A stretch of DNA of 63,805 bases, the filler included, from Reticulomyxa filosa (taxonomy: Eukaryota; Protista; Foraminifera), in the NCBI GenBank assembly GCA_000512085.1. It is 10 parts of 10 records of this genome, joined end to end, with 100 filler letters (N's around TTAATTAATTAA, not from the genome) between each part and the next. Parts side by side here need not be neighbours in the genome. Positions count along the whole stretch, not along the records: positions 1 to 7,156 come from ASPP01000903.1; positions 7,257 to 16,256 come from ASPP01011191.1; 8 more parts are not named here. The stretch is one strand, 5' to 3'. Every line of letters starts with the position of its first letter. Positions within the stretch are counted from its first letter, which is position 1. The translations under genes were made by a program, and so were the position numbers. The notes below the pieces were generated by a model. It had not been told where the DNA came from and searched no databases. It worked only from the letters and a program-made list of their open reading frames with translations. Shown here piece after piece: positions 1-10,559 of the stretch.

Positions 1-370
1 CTCAATGCCTTAACTCGACATTTTAATACTATTACCAGTTTTTTGTTTTTTTTACTTTGTGCAATCTGTGAATCGTTTTTTGTCTTTTTCCCATCTGGGC
101 CTACTTTTCGTACAAAACCCAAACTACTGCTTATAAGCTTTATTTTGATTACGACAGTTGCTGAAACGTTGGTGGCAAGTGTAGAGTCAGGCACTAAGTG
201 TAATACAATTGATTACTATTTTGAGCGATTTTCAATAGAAATAAGAATAATTAAATAGAAGCAAGACAGCCAAAACAAAAAAGAAACGCGAAGACGAGAG
301 ACCTACAAAGTAAGATTTAGGAAAAAGAGAATCTCACGTTCCACGGGGACAGTTACTCGGGCCTTGCCCT

Positions 371-451
371 AAAGACGTAAAACTAAAAATTAAAAATTTG
401 CTTCGAATTTGAAATAACAAGATAGCGTACATTGGTAATTTTGACAAATAT
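371..451 (+). pseudogene. Degenerate copy of the WD40-associated N-terminal module exon
   Basis: Reads KDVKLKIKNLLRI*NNKIAYIGNFDKY followed by gt. Aligns with the module at 762-860 but has an in-frame stop and a short deletion. Confidence 0.55.
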
Positions 452-682
452 GTTAAGTTATTTTTTGTCTCAAATAACATCAAGCACGAATATGATCAAC
501 ATCAAAATTGTGATATTTTCTGCTCTTTTTTAATGTAAAAATTGAAATATAATATTCCACTGCTCTTCTTTTACATGTAAATGTGTTTAAAACAACTTTG
601 GCAACAGATATAAAAGGGGACTCAAGCTTGTTTAAAAAGATAAGATATTTGCTCATCCTTCATTTTATACAAACAAAAAAGA

Positions 683-1812
683 ATGAATAGACCGCTACAA
701 TTGGTAGTTTTTCTACTTTTCATATTTTATTGAATGGAACGAGCTACAAAAAAAAACACAGTCAGAAAAAGAAATTAAATTGCTTATTGAAAATTGGCTT
801 CGAATTTCACACATAAAATTAGGATGGATTACTGATTTTAACAAAATTGTTTCCAAATATGTTAATTTTTTTATTCAAATGAATTTTATCATTTATAATT
901 ATCAATAATTGATATGTTTTAATATAGGCTAGATATTTTCAACTGTTAAAAGTTTTTCAGGGACATTCCTGGTCAGTAAATAGTGTGAGATTTTCACCAA
1001 ATGGGAATGATATTGTTTTAACGTCAGATGATTATATAATACGAATATGGGAAATTAAATCTGGAAAAGAGATACAAATATTTGAAGGACATGTAAGTTG
1101 GATCTATGACGCAAAGTTTTCACCAGACGGACATTCAATTGCATCTTGTTCACGAGATCAAATAATTATATTATGGGATGTAAAAACAGGAAAGTACGTA
1201 AAAAAATTTCAAGGACATGCAGGTCCAGTATGGGAAGTGGTATTTTCATCAGACGGGAAAAATATTGTATCATGCTCAGCTGATACTACAATACGATTAT
1301 GGGATGTAAATTCTGGAAAAGAGATTAAAACATTGATGGGTCATTTACAAGGTATATTAAGCGTACAATATTCAATGAATGATCAAATGGTTGTATCATC
1401 ATCTATTGATAAAACAATTAATATATGGAATATAAAATCAGGCGAAGTATTAAGAATATTAAAAAATCATTCTAATTGTGTGAGATGTGCAAAATTTTCT
1501 CCAGATGATAAATGTATTATATCATGCTCTGAAGATAAGACAATTCGAATATGGGATGTAGAATCAGGAAAAGAATTAAAAATATTAAACGGACATTCAA
1601 ATACTGTGAATGAAGTGAAATATTTTCCAGACGGTCAAAATTTTGTATCTTGTTCAGATGATAATACAATTTGTTTATGGGATGTAAAAACAGGAAATCA
1701 AATACAAAGATTGGAAGAACATACTAGTTGGGTGACACAAATAGATATTTCGAGGAATGGTTGTACAATTGTGTCATGTTCTTTTGACAAAACAATTCGA
1801 GTCTGGGGATAG
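683..1812 (+). CDS. WD40-repeat protein with N-terminal IxxWxR..LGWI module (exons 683-703, 762-860, 928-1812)
   Basis: About 7 GH...WD repeats. GT-AG introns 704-761 and 861-927 join the exons in phase 0, giving MNRPLQL-SEKEIKLLIENWLRISHIKLGWITDFNKIVSKY-ARYFQLLKVFQGH... Confidence 0.9.
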
Positions 1813-1961
1813 AAAATTTACACACAAGAATATTTGTTTTTCTTTTTAAGAAGTACTATGGTGAAAAAATCTCATTTTTGGTTCTTGTATAACTTATCTC
1901 AACCTTTCCAAAAACAGAAAAACTATTTTTACGAAATTTCCAATAGTTATTGAAAAAAAAC

Positions 1962-2678
1962 TAAATTTAAACAAAAATACAGTATAATGTAAAAGAAAGG
2001 TGACATCTAAAATGACATTTTATAGAGATGATTGATTTTCTTCATGAAGAAACTAATTTTTAAAAATATCTACAAATTGTGTAATTTTTAAATAAGATTT
2101 TGATTTTTTATTAAATCTTTACTAATTTTTTGAGAATTTTGAAAAAAAGCTGACAATCGTAACAATGAAATTTGCAACTTTTTTAAGCATTTTCAAAAAA
2201 TATCCCACCATAAATTTGTCACGTTAATTCTTTTCAAAAATAACAAGATTTCGCAATGAAACGAATAACACAAACTTGTTAAAATGTATTAAAAACAAGA
2301 ATCGTCAATAGAGTTAAAAAAATAAAATCAATGACTACAAAGTAAATTTTATGTTAAAAAAGTTATAATTTGAACGAAAATTTTTCAAGTTAATTTTTTT
2401 TTGACCTTTTGGTCTTTTCTATCATAGTGTGTCAATTTTCGGCTTGTGATTTAAAGATTGCTTATTTTTTTGCATAATCTACCCTTGTTCAAGCGCTATT
2501 TACAAGAATAAACAAGATAAAACATTGCTTAAAAATAAATCAATCAAACTTTCAAAATATTTTTTCCAAAATCATATTTAAAAACTGCAACATTGTACAT
2601 ATTTTTGAAAAAATTAGATCTAAATGTTGTTTCTTCATGAAGAAAATCGTGTCAACTTTCTTTTGCTCTCTACTGCAT
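1962..2678. mobile_element. Putative MITE/foldback element with long terminal inverted repeats
   Basis: GATTTTCTTCATGAAGAAAC (2034-2053) is the exact reverse complement of 2629-2648. The flanks also pair imperfectly, and a homologous pair of arms occurs at 30017-30220. Confidence 0.55.
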
Positions 2679-2744
2679 GAAAAGTAAAAGGGACACAAAA
2701 GCTCAAATTTATCATCCTTTCCTAAAGATAAAGAAACTGGACAA

Positions 2745-3897
2745 ATGAACACCAATAACGAAATAGAAGACTTAAGATCACAATTGGTAACATCCTTCAA
2801 ACATTTCATAGTTACATTTGCCTTTAAATTCAAAAACAAATGGGTTTTTGTGTGATGATTCAGTCAGACAACAAAATTACATTAATTATTCAAAATTGGA
2901 TTAGAATTTTGAATGTGAGATTAGGATGGATCGATGATTTTGACAAACTTATTGTCAAATTTGTTGTGTTTTTTATTTATCTTTAAAATGTAATATTATT
3001 AGTCAATATTTCAAATAGGCCGAGCGCTTTCGATTATTGGAAGTGTTACAAGGACATACTGACTATGTAACTAGTGTAAGATTTTCAGCAGATTGTTGTA
3101 ATATTCTTTCATCATCAAGCGATAAAACAGTTCGAATGTGGAATGCTGCCTCTGGGAAACAAATTCAAATTTTCCATGGACATTCCAACCATGTCTATTG
3201 CGCAGAATTTTCACCTGATGGAAATACTGTTGCCTCATGTTCAAGAGATTGTACAATTCGGTTGTGGAATACAAAATCAGGAAAAGAAATTAAAGCATTG
3301 AAAGAACATTTAGGTGCAGTGTTATGTGTAAGCTTTTCTCCAGATGGTGCAAGAATAGTATCATGCTCATCTGACAGAACAATACGAGTGTGGAATATCT
3401 CGGTTGGGAAAGAAATCCAAATATTGAAAAGTTATGATTGTTTAAAAGCGGTACAATTTTCTCATGATGGACAAAAAATTCTTTCAATAAATGATAAAAC
3501 AATTTCAATATGGAATGCAAATACAGCTATCAGATTGAAAGCTTTGACAGGGCATTCCCATCATGTACAATGTGCACAATTTTTTGATGATAGTCAATTT
3601 ATTATATCATGTTCAAGTGATAAAACAATTCGAATTTGGGATGTAAAATCAGGAAAACAACTGAAAATATTGGAAGGACATACAGATGTTGTAAATGATG
3701 TAAAATATTTTCCAGATTGTCAAATTATTGTATCATGCTCAAATGATAAAACAATTCGATTATGGAACGTAGAATCGGGGAATGAAATACAAAGATTAGA
3801 TGGACATTCATATCCTATATCATGTATCGATGTTTCGCAGGAAGGTAAAGCAATTGTATCAGGTTCTTTTGATAATACAATCCGAATATGGTCATAA
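2745..3897 (+). CDS. WD40-repeat protein, tandem paralog (exons 2745-2786, 2864-2962, 3019-3897)
   Basis: About 7 WD40 repeats with the same three-exon layout as 683-1812. Module reads SDNKITLIIQNWIRILNVRLGWIDDFDKLIVKF. Confidence 0.9.
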
Positions 3898-4259
3898 CAA
3901 AAAATCCAAATAAACAAATAAAATGTTTGTTTAAAAATGAAATTATTTTGTATGTAATTTCATGGAATTTCCATAATAAAATGAACTATTTTGCTTTTTG
4001 TTTAACTCTTTTGTTAATATCAAATAAACATGATCCAAAAATATCCTGTTTGGAATGGCAAGTTTTTAAAAATTTTTCATAGACATGGATTCCTCTGAAA
4101 ATCGTTACATCACTTCTATTACAAGTTTTGAAAAAAGATCAACAAAAAAAAATAATAATAAATAAACGAAATAATAACTTTCTTTTTAATGTTTTTCCAA
4201 GTCTAAAAAATAAAACAAAGTTTGGAGGCAAAGAGAGACTCCACATAGGACAAAAAGAG

Positions 4260-5846
4260 TTATTTGGCTCGTAGATGTCTGGTTGATCGAAACAAAAACA
4301 CGGCATATGCGATCAAAATGACCCCTCCAAGACAAGATGCAGCAACGGTGTACTCAAACCAACCAGCAGTGCTCAAGAGCAAAGCTCCTAAAAACAAGAG
4401 AATCTGGAGCCATTTCCGAAACAGCTCTTGATTAACATAACGACCTACTCTGTACCCAGATGGTAGGCCAAGACATGCCCCAGTAATAATCGCGATGTAA
4501 TCAAGGTAATCTTGTATGTTCAACTGTTTCTTCACAAACACTAGCTCCACCAAAAACGGGATCACTAAAAAAAAGCTACGAGCGATCAGTATCCCTCGAA
4601 ACGTGTTTTTGTCGATATGCGACAGTAAGCCCCATATCATGAAAGGGGGTCCACTCACACCCCCAAACATGCCATGCATGAAACCAGAAATCGACGCCGT
4701 CGCTAACAATCCACTCCATTGTTTCCATCCTTTCACCACAAATTTTTCTGACCTCTCCATTTCAATCATTTCATGTTTCTCGTCAGTATTCCTATACTTT
4801 GTCAGTTTGTCGATTGAAGCGACAGAAACACGTTGACAAAAAAAAAAAAAAAATAAAGAAATAAAGCTCTTTCATATACATATACATATATGTACATGTT
4901 ACATATCCATTTGTTGCTCAAACATTTTTTTTAAAAAAAAGTACGTATACACTTTTGTGCAGGTATGTGTGCATGTTCCCGCATGTATAGCGTAGCTTGT
5001 ATTTTCCCACGTGCATATAAGCATACAAAATATATGAAAGCAAAAGAAAGAAAAAGAAGGGAAGAGGAGAAGGAGGAGATAAAGAGGGGGAAAAAAAAAG
5101 GGGAGAGAACAAACAAGACGAACATATTGTCGGCAGGAACCGATTGAATATGGAGCGGACTAGAAGGATCATCTTTCAAATTGGGCTGCATTTCTATCGA
5201 TTGATTTTGTCCTTTGTTTACGTTTTCTGCTTGTCTATTGTTACAAATTTGGGAAGTGAAGAAAAAGAGAGAGAGAGAAAAATATATATACGTATACATG
5301 TATACATATATAATATATATGTTCATATATACGTACATACGTATACATATATGTATGTACATCATACTTGTCAGCAATTTGATTGGGTTGAGATGACAGA
5401 GGTTGCAAATTTACTGCAATAATATGTTCAATTTGTTTTTGGTACTTTTTTCGTTTGTCCAAGTAATAAAGTACGGCTGCATTAGCAATAGAAGAAAGCA
5501 ATAATGTGAATCCAAGCGATCTTCGCAACCAAATGTTATTTGTTGCAATCAACGCCTCGATCCCCAAAATTACACCGGGCACGCTGAATAGTCCCGTTAT
5601 CACGCCTAATTTTATTTGCACGTATTTGCGCAGGTAATACAGCTGTACGCAGGCCACTGGCAGCGCCAATATACTGTACTTTGTCGCTACTTGCACAAAC
5701 GAGGTTTGTGATATCAAGTGAACCAGGTCAAAGATGTAAAAGAAAATTTGAAACAATATGGCCTCGCCTAAGCCTGATATGGCCAAAGAATGGATTGAAA
5801 GGAAGGAAGCCAAAAAATTCCCAAACACATTTGCCCAAAGAGTCAT
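4260..5846 (-). CDS. TauE/SafE (TSUP) family membrane transporter, 3 exons
   Basis: Two hydrophobic halves with motifs AISGLGEAI and SGFMHGMFGGVSGPP. Joinable across GT-AG introns near 5367-5236 and 5123-4792. Confidence 0.75.
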
Positions 5847-6118
5847 CAGATATTTACAAATGAAAATAAAAAGGGGCGTGCTTTTGTTAGAAAAGCAATA
5901 GCGCAACCAGGCTCGAGTTGCATTGCGCAAAGCATGAATTGTTTTAAATAAAATTTGCTTAAGTAAAATAATAGAAAATCTTTTTGAACGTGAAAAAAAG
6001 GACAATTACAACTTGGGCTTGTTTGGGGGATCCAACACTCAGTGTTGAACGTGTTCGCTTGAAGCAAGTTATTTATTAGATATAACGAGTTCAGACGTAT
6101 TCTCTTCTTCTTTCAACG

Positions 6119-7075
6119 ATGGCACAAGCTCCACAAGTAAGAGAGATATTTGTTTCAACGCACAGCAAATATTTGTTTGTGCCAAAAAAAAAACGTGCAA
6201 CAGGAATCGTCAGGATGGGAATTATGGGGTGACAATGTAATAGTGAAGGATAAGAGTGTAATAAATAATAGTGGAAACTGGTGTTCGGCATATGGGCCAG
6301 AAGTAGAGCAAAAAGGAAGACATGAGTGGGTAATACAGTATCATTATGAAAACGGAGATGATTCCAATTTTGCATCGACCTGCGGCATTGCATCAAACAC
6401 CAAATGTAAAAACTCTTACTTTCATTATCAAGAGGAGTGGAGCGTAGGTATTTTTGTTGCATCAAAAAAAAAAAAAAAAAACAGAAACATACAACCTCTA
6501 TTTTTTGCCTTGTCATCAAAAAAAAAAAAAAAAAAAAAGGAATACGAATGAGAAAAACCAGTTTAGTGGTGAAGTTGCCAAATGATCAAAGAACGGAAGT
6601 TGAATCGAATGAAGGTTCAGTGACCAATAACGGAAAGTTTAGGATTGTGTTGGATATGACAAATTCGTCGGTATCATTTTATCATCCGTTTGACAGTAGC
6701 GTTCCGATTGTGACTCAAAACAATTTACCCAATGCCAAGTATCGTTTAGCGTGCTCACTTTATCTTACGGGTACGTCGTTTACTATTGTTTCCACGAATG
6801 TTTTGGATAATAACCCTCTGTTCGCTAGTGTCGATGCATTGGCGAACGAAATTGACAAATACTGTACGTATATCGAAAACATCAAAAATAGTAATATGAA
6901 CAATATCGATACCTCTGCTCTTTTGAGCATTCACACGAACTTGAAAAATTGTGAAACCAAACTCCCTGAGGAGCTGGCACGCCTACAAAAGAAAATTACC
7001 AAATTGCTCGCCGTAGCTGAAAGCGCAAGTGCCTTTGTCAATAAAATCTTGAATCCGGACGTCACTAAATTTCAA
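6119..7075 (+). CDS. SPRY/B30.2-like domain protein with coiled coil (3' partial)
   Basis: Exons 6119-6136, 6204-6447 and 6540-7075 join in frame. GRHEWVI..CGIA..FRIVLDM..VSFY..YRLACSL resembles a SPRY beta-sandwich. Confidence 0.55.
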
Positions 7076-7112
7076 GTTATTTATACGTATATACTGCAAT
7101 GTATATGTACAG

Positions 7113-7145
<33 letters not shown>

Positions 7146-7156
7146 AAAAAAAAAAA

Positions 7157-7256
7157 NNNNNNNNNNNNNNNNNNNNNNNNNNNNNNNNNNNNNNNNNNNN
7201 TTAATTAATTAANNNNNNNNNNNNNNNNNNNNNNNNNNNNNNNNNNNNNNNNNNNN
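7157..7256. other. Artificial contig linker
   Basis: 44 N + TTAATTAATTAA (stops in all six frames) + 44 N. Confidence 0.99.
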
Positions 7257-7358
7257 TTGTTTTTTTTTTTTGTCTTGTTTTGTAATAGTTGCGAAAACCC
7301 GCATCTCATGGAAATTTTTTTTCTTCTATCTCTCTCTCTCTCTTCTCTTCTCTTCTCC

Positions 7359-7952
7359 TCAAAGTTTGACCAGTGTCAGTTGGGTCGGGGTTTGAAATGG
7401 ACTACTTTTGACAGGTACGGGACCGGTCAAATTGGAAACAAAGACCAGACTGAGATCAACGGTCTCTCCGTGGTGTGTTTGGTCTTCGTACGACGATTGG
7501 TCAAAATAGAGTGTTCGGAAGAAGACTTGTTTGGTTTGGTCGGCGTACGTGTTGGTCCACGTGACCACGAATTGGTTGTTTTTAATCCACGAGTCGGTCG
7601 TTTGGTTGTACGAAACAAGTCCGATCACGTTACAAGTTTTATTGCCAACGTCTTGCTCGTCATTTCCCAGTGTCGAAACTAGAATATCCTTGGTCACTGC
7701 CTTTCCGGCCATGTTCGTCACTCGGGTATATATCCGACCTTGTTCACGGTCGCCCCAACAACTTGCAAAAAATCCTGCAGAAAGGCTCGTCACTTGGGGT
7801 CCCCATACCCCACTCTCGTCGTGGTTCACTCGGAAGGGTGTCGTGCAATAACGCACTGATGAAATTGGAACCACACAAAACATACTCAGAAATGACAGGC
7901 ATAGATAGAGCCTCATCAAAAGGTTTACACGTTTCTCCATGGAGAAGTTCAT
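7359..7952 (-). CDS. Putative secreted protein (3' partial) with FRVN...P.V..L..G.F...W-type repeats
   Basis: Hydrophobic signal-like N-terminus (LLMRLYLCLSFLSMFCVVPISS), raised GC, long open frame. Confidence 0.55.
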   Translation of the reverse strand: MNFSMEKRVNLLMRLYLCLSFLSMFCVVPISSVRYCTTPFRVNHDESGVWGPQVTSLSAGFFASCWGDREQGRIYTRVTNMAGKAVTKDILVSTLGNDEQDVGNKTCNVIGLVSYNQTTDSWIKNNQFVVTWTNTYADQTKQVFFRTLYFDQSSYEDQTHHGETVDLSLVFVSNLTGPVPVKSSPFQTPTQLTLVKL

Positions 7953-10559
7953 AATAAAGAGGATTAGTAATTCCTCAGTTTTTTTTTTTTTGCACAAACG
8001 ACAAGTAGTGGCGAGTTTTTTTCTATTTGATTCAACAAATAAAAGGCGCTTGTAAAATGATCAAATTACGTAGAAAAAAAATATTCACTTAAACGAAACA
8101 AGAGAATAAATGGAGTTAATTGAGAAAAAAAGGTCTCAAAGTTCAAGCAAAGCTCCCCTTAACCTTGCAAAATCTTATCAAGACGCTCTAACAAGCCAAA
8201 AAGCTAACTTTGGCAATTCGCTTCATATTTGATATTTCCAATGTGAAATCTCTTCCAAAGACAAGCACAGACTGAAAACGCACACGTACTGGTGTGACAT
8301 TACACGCGGCCTTGCTTCAAAATAAAGATAGCAACATTTTTGAATAAACAAAAAACTTGAACATGCATTAGCCCATGTGTCACCAAAGACAAAGTATCAT
8401 TCACAAAACGTGCTTTTTTTCTTTTTGTTTTGCGCGTTGTGTTTCTCGGTTCCTTTACATTTTAGTTTTGAATGTAAAGTCAGAATTTGTGATTAAATGC
8501 CCATCAACAAAAGCATAAGTGATAAAGTAATCACGTAGCCACAATCATAAATAGTGTCAATGTTTTTTAGTCTTTATCAGTTCTTAATACGAAAGCTGAA
8601 GAAAGGAAGAGTATTGTGAGCGGAAATTTTTTATTGTCAGTTCGACAACGTTTTGCAAGGAAGTGCTCAATTGCCTGCATTATATCACTTCCACTTTAGA
8701 CTCTATATGTTCACCACAAGCCATGGCAAGATTCGGATCATAAATGACAATCGTCGTGTTGGGAGGGAAAAAACAGGCACCCAATCGAGTATGAATACAA
8801 ATAATGAGTGGACGGAACATTTGTTTTTTCGTTCAAAACATTGTTTCGCCATCGCAAAGTACTTTGTGGAATACACTGTTTATTCATATGCATCAATCCA
8901 TTCTTTTTTTTTCCTTGCGCTTTCGGAAGAGTTGTCTCGAATGAGGAATAGTATACTTAAACTACCAACAGCACCACACCGCAACTCAACTCAAAAATAG
9001 CAGTCGCTCCAAGTTTTGACACAATGTCTTGCAACAGATATGCGAGCATGTTGATCATCAAATCAAGATCTTTGCGTCCAATCGTTTCAATATGTTTTAA
9101 CACTTCAAATGGATATATGCTGCTGTTTTGAGTCAATGCGTTGATCGAGAGCAATACCATTTTGTTTTGTGCTTAGTGGCTAATCTGCAATTAGATCGAC
9201 TATAATATCGCAGCCGTTTTCACAAAAGGTATCACCATATGCTTTTTTGACGAAATATCACTTATTTTTTGTTGTCTGAAGACACACAAACATATTCCAA
9301 TTTTAACAATTATATTTCGATTAATTTGATGTGTTTATCGTAAATAAGTAACACTTTTCTTTTTTGTTCAATTTGACGTTTGTCAAAAAAAATTGTTTTG
9401 CAAAATATGAAACAGTTTTACTTGTCAAAAATTTTTAAAAAAAATTTCAAAATGTGTATATGAAGTGATACTGATTTGTAAGTTTTAAAATATGTTCAAA
9501 AATTAATGTTACAAAGTTTGAACATATAAATATAAAAAGTCAATTCGATATATTCTATCATTAAGTGATATATTAAAAAAAGAAAAAAAATAAAATAAAA
9601 GAAATATTAAGCTATTTAGCTGAAATTTTTTTAATTTTATTTATAAATTTTTCTTTTTTTAATTTTTTCAATTTTTGAGAAAGATGAAATGGTCGCCGCT
9701 TAACGGCAATATGGAGCATTTATGTATTTTCAGTATGTTAGTTCCAGTTGGAGGTAACGTAAATGAAAGAATGTCTTGATATAATGTTTGTGAAATGGTG
9801 TAAATATAGTGACGAAAAAAAACGAAGAAAGCTAAAATGAAAAACTTTTTAATGTGTTTATTTTAACGAAAAGTTAAAGTACAAATAAGAAAAATGTTAT
9901 AACATAAATAACGTTAAAAAAAAGGATTCAAAGACAAACAAAAATCATACTTTGTATTTACTTCCATATTTAGTGTGTTTTTTCTTATATACATCAACAC
10001 AAAAAGTTTTCGAAGAAGGAAAGTTTATATCTTTATAATCAACACTATTAGATTTTCTAAAAATATTTTTAAAAAGTGAATCTATTTTCCAAAAGTTCAG
10101 TTTTTCTCGCCTACGTGTGCTGTCAATCATGCTAGCATTTGTGCTGTAAACACAGCAAAGTCATCTTTACTGCCTGAGTAGATAAAAAAAAGAACAAGCA
10201 AATAATGCACATTATTTTTCAATTACGAATTTCAACAATCTTTTTTAAAAAATTCGATAATAAACCTTGCATGAATACTTATTGATATTAGTTTAATTTG
10301 AATTCAAGAAAACCACTTTTGGTGATAAACAAATTAAATAAGACGTTGAGCCAGATTTTGTCTATTTGGAGTGATACCCAAATAGCAAATCGCTAACTTG
10401 AATTCCTTCACAAAAAGAGTTCTAAACTTTGCAGCCTTAAAAAAGACATGAGTTTTTAATAAAGTTGTAATAAATGAAAAATAGCAACAAATCGCAAAAA
10501 AAAAAAAAAAAGCAGAGACAAGCTGACAAACTTACACACAATGAGATAAAGAAGGAGAG

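Noticed and set aside
985-3897. WD40 nucleotide periodicity as a CRISPR array or DGR template/variable repeats
   Set aside because: The repeats are in-frame protein repeats with mainly synonymous divergence. No cas or reverse transcriptase gene and no adenine-specific pattern were seen.
5260-5367. ORFs rich in YIYIYM / HTHT
   Set aside because: They are (TA)n/(CA)n microsatellite introns read through by the ORF finder. The same applies near 15300-15400, 16760-16820, 36400-36460 and 46200-46310.
7201-7212. Recurrent TTAATTAATTAA as a biological repeat or CRISPR-like unit
   Set aside because: Always centred in exactly 44+44 N. It is a six-frame-stop assembly linker.
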